Shown here one piece after another: positions 52,821 through 64,000 of a stretch of DNA of 64,000 bases. Location of the stretch: contig OX597823.1 in NCBI GenBank assembly GCA_951406725.2, positions 67,890,001-67,954,000 of the forward strand, read 5' to 3'. A model generated the notes under the pieces. That model had not been told where the DNA came from. It ran no database searches and saw nothing but the letters and a program-made list of their open reading frames with translations. A program made the position numbers and the translations under genes. The stretch's first letter is position 1, and each line of letters begins with the position of its first letter. Origin of the DNA: Octopus vulgaris. Taxonomy: Eukaryota.

Positions 52821-53633
52821 AACAACAAACAAGATGAGGACAAATATCTGTCGAATGTAAATAACGTAGATAATGTACATAATTCCTTATCTCTTAAATA
52901 TAGAACTGTAGTAGCATGTAGCTTTGAGGTTTCAATGATGTACTCATTTGTTTTTAGAATGACATTGTAGGGCTGGTGTGAGAGGCTCAATATGGCCAAT
53001 TTGAACATAAAACAGGTACATTATTTGGGCCAGATATGGCCAGTTTAAATGCTTAAAGGTAAAATCACATGTAGCATTTTTAAAAAGAGAAGAACATCTT
53101 GAACAAAGTTGTTTAAGATATACCAAAGTTATGAGATAATAGGATAGATATAGTAATAGGTGGAATGCCTTTGATCATAGGTCTGCTTAACTGCAGTTGA
53201 TCTGGGACTAAGCAACAATAACTGGATATACAGTAGTCTCATTTTGCAACAGGGCGTTTAATTCAAAATAAATAACAATTTCAGACAGGATATCAATACT
53301 TTTTATAAATATCTCAATTGGAAGTACTAACAATTTTAATAAAGATGTTTGAAAAAAAAAAAATGAAGCAAAATAAATAAACAAAAGTAATAAAAAACAA
53401 AACCAAAAAACAGCAAAAATAACTCAGTATTCCCTTCTATCAAATAAAAGAATTTGTTATCAAGTCATGTGCTAATTTTATTAGCTACTAAAATACTGCA
53501 TGAATTTGTTTTTTTTCTAATATGAACTTGAAAAATTTATTACCTCTATATAAATTGAGACATTAAATCTGCATCAATTACCATTAAAAACATATTCTTT
53601 TTGTCTCTCTCATACAATCACACACACACGTAT

Positions 53634-53732
53634 TATATATATATGTATGTATATATAAAGATATATATATATATATAAATATGTATACATATAAATATAT
53701 ATATATAAATGTATATATATATATATGCATGC

Positions 53733-53773
<41 letters not shown>

Positions 53774-53783
53774 ATACATGTAT

Positions 53784-53823
<40 letters not shown>
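53634..53823. repeat. (TA)n-rich compound microsatellite
   Basis: Direct observation. Confidence 0.95.
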
Positions 53824-53827
<4 letters not shown>

Positions 53828-54514
53828 TTCTCTGTTTCCCACCACCATAATAAAATCATTATTTAAATCCAATAATGGAAAATATTCTATGATAAGTTTA
53901 CATTTGGTGAAATCAGTATAAATTGAATTAGTGTAATGTTATGGAAGTAAATATTAGATAAATATTTCTTTTTTAATTACAGGAAGTTTTCATTCAAACA
54001 TTTTTTTAAAGCTATTCATTCAACATAAATTGTAATATAAATGGGTTTATGAGAATCTATACTTTTAGCTATTATCATAGAAACATTAAGCTGATTATCA
54101 ACAAATTTAAGCAATTTTCAATGAGAGAGTCTCTACATGGTCAGACGATTGGCAAGAAATAGCAACTAAATATTCCTCAAGTGACATCCTACTTTGGAAA
54201 CATGGGTTTCGATCCCAGCACTGCCAGTGATACTTTGATGTTTTGAGCCAAATAGGAAGATTCTACATGTTTACTTAACCTGATGAAAACCATAGCCAAA
54301 TCATCTTCACATCATATATTGAATACAGACACAGTTCATATAATCCAGTATAACTCTAAAAGGTCAGTATAGTTGTAACTGGGATGCCATTGATAGTAAA
54401 TCTGTTCAACTAGGATTGACTTGGAGCTAAGCAGAGGTAACTAGTATACAGGAAGGAAGTTTCTTTGTGGCTGGCTGATCTAGTAGAAATGACAGTCTAA
54501 TCTCTTTCAAATCA

Positions 54515-54659
54515 TTATTTACATTTGACGGATATTTGTCCTCATCTTGTTTGTTGTTAACACATTTTGGCTGCTATACCCTCCAGCCTTCATCAGATGT
54601 CTTGAGGGGGAAATTTCAAACCTGGGTTCTCATTCCTAAGGTATTTTTTGATGTTGTTG

Positions 54660-54698
<39 letters not shown>

Positions 54699-55315
54699 TC
54701 ACTGCCTAGAATTGAACTCAGAATCTTGGGGTTAGTAGCCCGTGCTCTTAACCACTACGCCACATGCCTGTGGGTAATTATGGAGTGAATTTTAGGGCTT
54801 CTTCCTTAATACCAGTTCCCATATGATACTCATATCTGCACTTGGTCTGCTTAGGAGGTTGTTGTGCTGCTTCTTTTAGTTTTTATATTTTCCAGTGGTG
54901 TTCTCTGTCTATCATTTTAACTTCATTCCCACTGGGAGGGGGGGTTGTCTCCATCTCTCCATACATGATCAGCTATACCCGATATATCAATATCTCCTCA
55001 TGTCACAGCTTTGTGATGTGCATTTTGGTGGGGTGGCATGTTTTGCCTTTGTATAACCTACCACAGCTGCATGGGATGGAGTACAGTTCTTAGTCATATT
55101 CTCTTCTATTGGTGGTTTTACTCTAAGAAAATATTTGCAAAGTGTATTACTCTTGAATACTGTCCTGATGTCATATGGGCTACATATCTTTTGTATCTTT
55201 TCAGAGAGGCCTTTCACATAGGGTAGTCAGACTGTGGACAGTTTATTGGTTTCATCCTGTCTTTTCTTCATAATTGGAGTGGATAGTATGTTTTGGGGGT
55301 AGTTGTTGCTTGATA
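54515..55315 (-). mobile_element. 5'-truncated Penelope-like retroelement: GIY-YIG region plus 3' terminal module
   Basis: PYVKGLSEKIQKICSPYDIRTVFKSN..VKPPIEENMTKNC, then after frameshifts SIPCSCGRLYKG.TC and GIADHVW..QW..VKMIDREHHWKI.KLKEAA; followed by the tRNA-like cassette, (AAT)n and hammerhead. Confidence 0.9.
54559..54601 (-). ncRNA. Hammerhead relic, copy 3
   Basis: GACAT-CTGATGA-A-GGCTG..CAGCC-AAAATGTGTT; canonical CUGAUGA retained, G12 and cleavage site damaged. Confidence 0.6.
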
Positions 55316-55377
55316 GAAATGATCAATAACAATCTATTAAGCAATAACTTGGTGGAGTATTCCAGTTCTATATTTAA

Positions 55378-55584
55378 CCCCTTTTAGTTACCAACCTGGC
55401 TGAAACCGGCTCTGGGCTTTGAGTACAAATGTCTTGTTTTCATAAGTTTTGAATTAAAATCTTCCACCAAACCTTATTCACAATTGGAATACTGGAATAC
55501 CAACTTAAAAAATTCTTTGTTATATTTAAAGTAATTGAAAGAAACACAGAGCATCTAAAAAAAAAAAATACAGTAACGAAAGGG
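55378..55584. mobile_element. piggyBac-like MITE (second family)
   Basis: TTAA-CCCCTTTTAGTTAC ... GTAACGAAAGGG-TTAA. Confidence 0.8.
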
Positions 55585-55997
55585 TTAAGAATGACACTAC
55601 CAAATGAGAGCTAGCTTAACTCACTCATTGAATGGTTAATAATAGTCTCCACTATGAGCACAATGCAGTGTCTGTCTGTGACAATATGCACTATGTTATT
55701 ATCGCATTTAGCATGTTATAGGTATCTGATTGTCAAAGCTATTCTTCATCTGAAAATATGTAAATATTTGAATATTCTGACCACTCAACTGGGCTAGGCT
55801 TTCAAAAAATATAGATCACTTGAGTCTATTTGTTTGGTAATACAGAAACAAAATAACTCAAACTAGTCATTTTGTTTTCCTTCTTAAGAAATTGAAACCT
55901 GAACCATAAACCACAGCTTTGATTTCCTTGTTTAAATTAAGCTTTATTGAGTAACTAAGACTGCTTCTAGAAGATTGAACTTTTATATATTATTTAA

Positions 55998-56676
55998 TCC
56001 TTTAGCATTCAAATTATTTTGTCAAATGTAATGATTATGTATTCACATGACAGGTCGTCATCAACTTACGACTGATTGACTTTATGAGGATTGGTGCACC
56101 AGCTCCTGGCAGCAATAGTAAATAGTCTAGTGGAAATCTAATGGGTTTAATTTCTTAGAAATTAACCTGTCTACAGGTGATGTCAGCTAACAAATGCTTC
56201 CCATAGGTTTGGTTATCGATCGCCACTGTAGTTATCCCAAATGTTGGATGAATATCTTGTCAAGGAGACATTGAGGCAACCTCGTATTTGTTTATAATAC
56301 GACTACTTGAGACTCCGAAATTTTTCACTAATGCCAGTATAATAGTATAATACAGAATGCTGTGTGGGATTTTTACCTGAGAATGTATCTTATGAATGTA
56401 AGAATATAAACAAAGCTATGTAGACCTATAGGCCAACTTATGACCGAATTGACTTATGACCAGTTCGTTGGAAACAATTGTGGTTGTAAGTTGACAACGA
56501 CCTGTATTTTTAATTGATCATGTATTGTCTTGTAGCTTTCAGAGTTCAATGTTGTGACTGTGTATGTTTAAAGAGATAATGTCAGGTAGGGGTGAGAGGC
56601 CAAATCTGGCCACTTTCAACATAAAACAGGAAGAATATTTGGGCTGGATATGGCCAGTTTTTTAAATGCTAAAGAG
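55998..56676. mobile_element. piggyBac-like MITE carrying a nested insertion
   Basis: TTAA-TCCTTTAGCATT ... AATGCTAAAGAG-TTAA; inverted homolog of 1681-1880. Confidence 0.8.
56051..56504. mobile_element. pogo/Tigger-like MITE nested in the piggyBac-like MITE
   Basis: TIRs CAGGTCGTCATCAACTTACGAC / GTTGTAAGTTGACAACGACCTG-TA with subterminal GACTTATGAC repeats. Confidence 0.8.
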
Positions 56677-57129
56677 TTAATTTCAAGTTGGTTATGATTA
56701 AGCAGATCTATGATCATGGGCTTACAAACACTGACTATCCTGTTCCACTGGCTATGTTATCTTCTATGTATTTTTTTTTTCAAGACAGCATGGTGATGTC
56801 AGAAGGAGAATTAGCTGCTCTTTCTCCTCTTTCTAGCAGATGAAATGACCCTTGCTAGTTCAACTTTTAGTTCTTTGAAGCTCAGATGTCACTAAATGAA
56901 GGTAAAAAGAAAGCTGGGCATGCTATAAAGATTTATTACTTGAGCAAAGATGATATATTTGAAAGGATGCTATAAAACTGGTGTAATTATTGTCAAATTA
57001 ATGGTGATGTTAACTCCATGGAAGTTGAGATAAAACATGATTTTATCAACTAGATAACAGACACAAGCCACAGATTTTACTGACAGAAAGTAACAAAGGA
57101 AATAACTAAGGCTAAAGTTCTCTAAAAAT

Positions 57130-57337
57130 ATTGGTTTCAAATTTTGGCACAAGACCAGCATTTTCAGGGGTTGGAGAGGGAGTAAGTCAATTGCATTGAC
57201 CCCACTTATTTTATTGATCCTGAAAGGATGAAAGGCAAAGTCGGCTGTGATAGAATTTAAACTCAGAATGTAAAGACAGATGAAAATCCAGTAAACATTT
57301 TGACTGGCATGCTAACAAACCTACTAACTTGCCACCT
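57130..57337 (-). mobile_element. SINE family B copy
   Basis: TTGGTTTCAAATTTTGGCACAAG..GAAAGGATGAAAGGCAAAGTCG..AACTCAGAATGT. Confidence 0.8.
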
Positions 57338-60300
57338 ATAAGTGACGACAATATTAGCATACAGGTCTAAACTATAGGAGCAATGACAAAATATGTTGTT
57401 TTCTTGGAGGTACATTCATTGAATTTAATCATTGAGTAACAATGAATATATTACTGAGTGTTGAGGTCAACAAGTATATGAGACAAAAAAGATGTTATGT
57501 TCATGTCAAGGGGCTGAAATTCTTACAGATCGGAAGAAAAAGTCATGTATAAAGCATGCATACCCACTATTGTATGTAAGATGGTAAGGTAAGTACAACA
57601 TATGCAAAGCATAAAAAGAAACACAGCAGCAAGCTATTCTATACAACATATTAAACTGTTTCTGAGGTTTCAGCTCAGGAGTTTTGGGGAGCATGGAGTT
57701 AGCCCTAAGTCTTTACCATTCCTTGGTTCATCTGGTCAGGGAGGGCAGCTCTTTCTGTTCAACAGTCCCAGTTATGTGTTAAACAGATGAATACGACCCT
57801 GTGGCTAAGGCATATAGTACTCAGAGGAGTCAGTCTCTAGATATATGTTATAGAGGCCCACCAATAAGTGGACATAGCTTGATTTTATGCAAAACCAGTC
57901 CTCCTGCCTAAGGATTACATAAGCCCTGTACTTCAAGGGTAAGTTCTGGATAGCAGGTGGCTGCCAAAGTAAACTCTAGATAAGGTAATGGGAAATCAAT
58001 GCCATATCTTTTCCAAGAAAAGTTATGAAGCTTCAGACTTTGGCTTGGTGGTCCATGACTGCTGATTCCTATAGACATGACACATAAAGCAAGAGAAAGG
58101 GAGTTGTTAGCACTTGTGTTAAAACAAATTTTTGAGATTGGTGTGACAGAATACTAAATAACAGACCCTTTATAAGCTAATAAATCCAGTATGTACACAG
58201 AATTCTAATACCATAGAATTTTCTACCTAGCAACAGAATGACTGCTTTCTCAATGCATTTTCTTAACTCAGAACTAGGAAAAGATCAGATTGATTCACAG
58301 ATTACAGATAAAACATGATTTGATAATGCTTTAATGATAGTTGAAAACTGACTGAAAATTATTAGCTAACATCACCACCAGGCTTACTCCATTGCAACAG
58401 TTTATACCAGGTTTCTGGTCTAAGAATAACTCAGTATCTTGACGTGCTGTTTTACTCTATGACAAATTCTAAGTCTTTCCTCCTTCCTGCTTTTATTCCT
58501 GTGAGTCTTGGAGGCTCTGCAAATATCATTAATGTTTCCTTGTTCCTCTGACTAAGCCATAAAAAATGTATAAATCATATCTATTGGGATTTGAACAATG
58601 AAGAAGAAGGCCAAAGAACAGAAAAATTGGGATTTGGAACACAAGAAACAAATGTGGCACAAAATTCTACAGTATATGGGCAATAGCAGCTCTTTCATAA
58701 ACCACCTTTCCAGTTACAACAATGCAGTTTTAAGGCAAACATATATTGTCATTTATGACTAAAGGAAGTTTATTATGGATGTCAGATCATTTAACAAGCT
58801 GTTAAATTCACAATAACTTCATGAATACAGCAAAGTTAAAAGTAAAATAGCAATTATTTTAATGAAAATGAAGATAAGAGTGGTATTAAAATAGCTAATG
58901 CTATACAGAGAAAATTTATTTCATGTTGTAAATATTTGGTACACTATTCTAATCTTCCTCAAAATATTTCTATGCAAGTAAACAAATTTACTTTTGAAAT
59001 ATTGAATCTTCCCCAACTTAAATGTGTAAGTTTTAAAATATTATATTTTAATAGCTATTTTTAATAGGCACAACCTCTTCAACAGTCCCTCAGAATATAC
59101 AGCAGGAATAAAAAAAGAAGGATCTTTGGGGAAGTTTAACGCTGAAGTTGGCAGAGTTAATCAGTTTGGTCAAGTAAGAATTAATATTGTCCTTATAAAA
59201 TGTTAATTTTATCTATATCTGTTTATCAATGCTTAATTTATATGGCCTTCTGCAAATTATTTTACTTTACTAAGTGACAGTTTAACCTAAACAGAAAATA
59301 TTTGCTAATTTTTTTAACATTTTATGAGGGAGAAGGGTTAATTGCAAGGTTATATCTAGTATTAAAAACATTCAATAAATGCAAATAAACGTTTGAGTCT
59401 GTAGAATGTCTAACTTGTGTCAAAATATAAAATAGAAAATAGAATAGAAAGTATTAACTAAAAAACAAATAAACAAAACAAAAAACCTGCTTTAGCTTTG
59501 ACTGCTGGCATTATTTTTATGATTATGATAGGCCATTCCCAGTTTTGAAATGAGTTATGGTGGCATAACAACTTTCCTGTTCTGGAACAGGAATATTATA
59601 TTTGAAAAGTGATATTATTGATGCTACCAACATCAAAGTAGTGTACAGCAAATGTCTGCTCGCTGTTTCAAGTATTTTCTTTTTTTAATTAATGGTTAAC
59701 ATATTTTTATATTTTCAATACATATTAATGTTTATCAAGCAATACCTTTGATATTTCTTAGAGCTATACATGTATAGCTCTAATGGCAAACTTACACAAT
59801 ATTTGTTAGCTTTTAGCAACAATCACAAATGTCAGTTTATATTTATTAATTAGGTTTCATTTCATTTTATATAGCTAAAACTTCGAGATCACTGTCAACC
59901 TTTTCCTTGTAAAAACAAGAATGATATTCTACTTAAACATATTGAGTAATACTTCAATTAATATTCAACTGTTTTATGTATAACTCTACAAACAAGCAAA
60001 CATTAAAACACAGAGACATATATTTATATGTCTTTAGAAGAAACTGAAGAGTCATACCATTGCAGTTCAGAGCCTCTTGCTGCATTGCAATCATTCAAGC
60101 AATAAAAAGATTTTCCTTTCTGTTGCTTCAATGACAGAGTGAATCATCAGCTCCTTCTAAATAAATAACTTCTACTATATGTAATAAGTACATTTTCTCA
60201 TTTGTACACCCACTTGCATGTGTGAGCATGCATACACACACACACATTATGCACATATTCACCCCCCCCACCCATGAAACTATACATACATTATACATAT

Positions 60301-60396
60301 ACATATTATATATATATATATATAATTATATATATGCATCTATATCAATATGTATGTGTGTATATATATATATACACATTACATATAATAAATAAT

Positions 60397-60453
<57 letters not shown>

Positions 60454-60546
60454 TCCCCAAAAAGAACAGCAAACAGAATAAAACAACAATTCAAGGATGT
60501 GGCACATGTAAAGTATTAGCAGACTCTCAGGGAAGGAAAGAAAGAT

Positions 60547-60582
60547 GTTTTAACGTTTTGAGCAATGCTCTTCTTCAGAAAC
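60547..60582 (-). ncRNA. Minimal hammerhead-like relic of a different family
   Basis: GTTT-CTGAAGA-A-GAGC-ATT-GCTC-(A)AAAC-GTT-AAAAC; same extra A and AACGTT stem III; G12 to A. Confidence 0.5.
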
Positions 60583-60724
60583 AGAGGGAAGTCCAGTAGA
60601 AAGGAAGATGGAGGTAGAAAATTGCTAACAATTCACATGTGGTTACATTTGTACATGTATATGTAGATATGTATGTATGTATGTATGTATCTATCTGTCT
60701 ATATATGTATACATACATATACAT

Positions 60725-60759
<35 letters not shown>

Positions 60760-60768
60760 CATATTATC

Positions 60769-61260
60769 ACCATCGTTTAACGTCCGTTTTCCATGCTAGC
60801 ACAGGTCGGACGGTTTGACCGGGGTCTGGGAAGCCAGGAGGCTGCACCAGGCTCCAGTCTGATCTGGCAGTGTTTCTATAGCTGGATACCAACCACTCGC
60901 AGCCACAATCGGTTGGTGCTTTTTATGTGCCGCCAGCACAGATATCATAACTACAATTGCCATTTGATATTTACTTTGTTGTTGATGTACTTGACTCAAT
61001 AGGTTTCCTCAAGCACAGCAGGTCGTTCTGCAATCCATATATATATATATACATATATATATATATCATCATCATTATCAACATTTAACATCCATTGTCC
61101 ATGCTGGCATGGGTTGGATGATTTGACCAGAGCTGGTAAGCTGCACCAGACTCCAGTCTGATTGTGCATGGTTTCTATGGCTGAATGCTCTTCCTAACAC
61201 CGACCATTCTGAGAGTGCAATGGGTGCTTTTACATGCCACTGACATTGGTATCATTTGCA
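60769..61260 (-). mobile_element. Two SINE family A copies (60769-60935 and 61066-61260)
   Basis: Both start with CAT-repeat TTTAAC(G/A)TCC..CCATGCT and share GCTGCACCAG.CTCCAGTCTGAT. Confidence 0.8.
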
Positions 61261-63365
61261 TGACACCAGTATTTGCTATGATTTTTTATTCTATTTGGTT
61301 TAATGGGTCTTCTTCTCAAGCACAGCATAATGCCAAAGGTCTCAGTTATTCATCATTGCCTCCGTGAGGCCTGACACTTGAAAGGTGCTTTTCATGAGCC
61401 ACCAGCATCAGCCACAACTACAGTTTCACTTGGCTTGCACATACACACATGTATACAATTATGTGCTTTGACTGCAGCATTAGAGACATTTAGCCCTTAT
61501 TTCTAGCAATGTCGGTGTTTTTAACACCCTCTGTCATATTTAATGACGATTATAGTTTTCCCTTTTAGTACACACACACACACATGTGTGTGTTTGTGTG
61601 TGTGTGCGTATAAGCATACACCTGCATATTACTAGTTAGAAAGAGATTATGATACAAAAATTAGATTGTCTACTTTCATAAAAGCGTGTCTCTCTCTCCC
61701 ACTATGACATCAAACGAGGCATTTAAGTTATGGCTCTCCCACCATCAACTGATTTCTTAACCAGTTCTTTCATGTGTTGTTCGGTTTTCCTCTGCCATAG
61801 GTAACTTCTTTTGTTAGCATACAATACTTTACATGTAACTGGGGTGCCATCTCTATCACATTTCCACACAAGTGCAGCCATCTGCCTTTTCAGTTTCTAA
61901 ACATTTGCTATGTTAATTAATCTCTTAGTAATTAAGAAAAGAAAATGATTATTTGTGTAAGATTACTTCACCTGAGATGAGTCTGTTCAGAAAACCAAAA
62001 CTAATTTGTAAACAAGTGCAAAGCTACAGTCATATTTTACTACAACAATAGCAGTAACAGAAATATAACTACTTGGAACAGTCATCAATATCACAGAGGC
62101 ACAAAAGGAGATTGTAGAAGAACTTAGGCAAACAATATCAGTGTTAATTGCATCACTAATTAATATTCCCTCTTCTTTCAATCTTAGTACAGTTTGTATC
62201 CTCTGGCTGACTTTCATAGTTAGCAGCATGTTCAGTAGGATATAAGTTTCCTCATGATAGTAATTTGAGCAAGAAATAAGAATTGTGGTACCCATGTTTT
62301 TCCAAAGTCCATTACAACTCCAGAGCAATGAAATAATTAATGTTGTCTGGTAATAAAAAATGGATTGTAGACTTAAAAATTTTTTAGAGCTTACATTTTA
62401 TTTTTTACTATACTTAAATTATAGTTCAGATAAAATGTATTTTTCTGAATAAATGTTTAGATCAAAGCAATATTATAAGCCAACTCAATAGTGCTCAACC
62501 CACAGTACAGGATGTTGGACGAATGAGGTCTTGTGCTAGTTAAGTTATGAAACCCTTGATTTTGAACGTCAGGCATACATGCTCAGGAAATTCATCGTTA
62601 AAATTTGGGGTTGGGGTTGAGGAAGAAGATGGGTTCCACCACCCTGCCACTGGTCAACAGGGCCCTGTGCTTAAGCACACCTAAGCACAATAGTAAATCT
62701 GGCACTGTCAACCCTATAGACTTAGGATCATAAATCTGGAGCTTAACATGGCTTCTATGGCATATAATTGACTGGTATTACAACACTCTTCATCTGAATG
62801 TGACACTAAGCCATCACAAGATTGACTTCCAAGCTAATACTGGAACTCATTTATAGCTGAGTGGAGTGCAGGAATGTGAAATGAAGAGTTTTGCTCAAGA
62901 ACACAATGACTTGCTCAGTCAAAGAATTGAAACCACTATCTTATGATCATGAGTGTAATACCCTAACCACTAGGCTATGTGCCTATACAACATGAAATAA
63001 GTTTACAGTGAGCTGAATCACAGAACAATTTTGACTCCTCTTATTGGTTTTTTTGTGGTAACTATTGAGTAATTAGGATGATATAGTGTTTTGTTGGTTC
63101 CTATTACTTGTAATATGTTAGTGAGTAGAGACTAGACAATTAGTCAATTGTATTTTTTCAAAGCAGTATCTACAAATACAGCAGCTGTGGTTGCTCTTCA
63201 TATATAAACAAGCAGATAAGATATACTTTGAGTTAAAATTCTGTTTTTCTTAATGCTTCTAAAGTAGACATAAGTTAAAGTGACTGTTTAACTAGCTGCA
63301 TACATTACACATAAAAAACAGGTCTTGTAGATAGTCATCTCCATCCCACCCTACCCCCCAAAAGT

Positions 63366-63573
63366 GGAGTCTAGGATATTTACCTCCACCCCATGGATAA
63401 TAATCCCCCAAGGACAATTACCTCTGAGGACCACAGATGATGATTTAAAACTTCTTAATATACTGGAGAAGTGGGTAATTAACCAAGGGGGTAAGTGACT
63501 TAGGGAGTAGTTGTCGTCAGGGAGAATTGTCCTACGGGGGTGTAATTGTTCTAGTGGGGTGACTGTCCTGATA
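63366..63573. mobile_element. Foldback/MULE-like relic with modular inverted repeats
   Basis: Left arm repeats GGA(C/T)AATTACC(C/T)C-like motifs; right arm repeats GGGTAATTGTCC-like motifs in inverted orientation. Confidence 0.5.
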
Positions 63574-63789
63574 CAAAAAAGAGTACTGTAAAAACTATAA
63601 ACTAAAGATATTAAATACTATCGCATTGCATATATAAAATTTGTTTTTGGTAATTAGGAAACAAGGTGGTTCTATAATAAGAAGGTAAGAAGTTTGCTTC
63701 CCAACCACATGGTTCCGGTTTCAGTTCCACTGAACATACTCTGGGTATGTGTAACCTACGATAGCCTTGAGTTGACCAAAGCCTTGTCA

Positions 63790-64000
63790 GGCGCAGGAGT
63801 GGCTGTGTGGTAAGTAGTTTGTTTACCAACCACATGGTTCCGGGTTCAGTCCCACTGCGTGGCACCTTGGGCAAGTGTCTTCTACTATAGCCTCGGGCCG
63901 ACCAAAGCCTTGTGAGTGGATTTGGTAGATGGAAACTGAAAGAAGCCCGTTGTATATATGTATATATATGCGTGTGTGTGTTTGTCCCCCTAGCATTGCT
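63790..64000 (+). mobile_element. SINE family C, young copy running off the window end
   Basis: GGCGCAGGAGTGGCTGTGTGGTAAG (A box), GGTTCAGTCCC (B box), GTGGCACCTTGGGCAAGTGTCTT CORE-like block, CpGs retained; an older truncated copy lies directly upstream at ~63682-63787. Confidence 0.88.

Larger units (their letters stand above)
52395..52908. mobile_element. Head-to-head inverted pair of Penelope-like terminal modules (tRNA-like + (AAT)n + hammerhead)
   Basis: 52395-52631 is the reverse complement of 52634-52846; the same module at 54515-54775 abuts a GIY-YIG ORF. Confidence 0.88.
52333..53062. mobile_element. piggyBac-like MITE split by the Penelope-like palindrome
   Basis: 52333-52395 and 52909-53062 match the two halves of the 1681-1880 and 55998-56676 family. 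Confidence 0.65.

Noticed and set aside
59487-59581. Possible PDZ-end exon (..IIIKIMPAVKAKA) on the minus strand
   Set aside because: Weak donor (GTTTTT); the only open frame ends in phase 1, incompatible with the phase-0 SH3 exon; no other PDZ similarity.

Overview
AT-rich, CpG-depleted, microsatellite-dense eukaryotic DNA, not prokaryotic. The tRNA-derived SINE families and overall repeat landscape suggest an octopus/coleoid cephalopod genome (inference). The only host coding sequence I can support is one 218-bp minus-strand exon (50378-50595, AG/GT bounded) encoding the SH3 domain of an MPP7/MPP3-type MAGUK p55 protein, so most of the window is probably very large introns. The rest is decayed transposons: mariner, a DD37D/maT element, piggyBac-, Tc1- and pogo-like MITEs, RTE and CR1/L2-like LINE pieces, a Helitron helicase fragment, Penelope-like (GIY-YIG) elements and four SINE families. 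Almost all ORFs in the supplied track are spurious. The most notable item is a Penelope-like 3' module made of a tRNA-Arg-like Pol III cassette, (AAT)n and a minimal dimer-type hammerhead ribozyme. It occurs three times, twice as a ~450-bp palindrome and once fused to a GIY-YIG ORF, and all three ribozyme cores are mutated. There is also a recurring set of inverted templated duplications and long hairpins. No CRISPR, rRNA or intact tRNA was found. Repeat coordinates are approximate unless TIRs or TSDs are cited.
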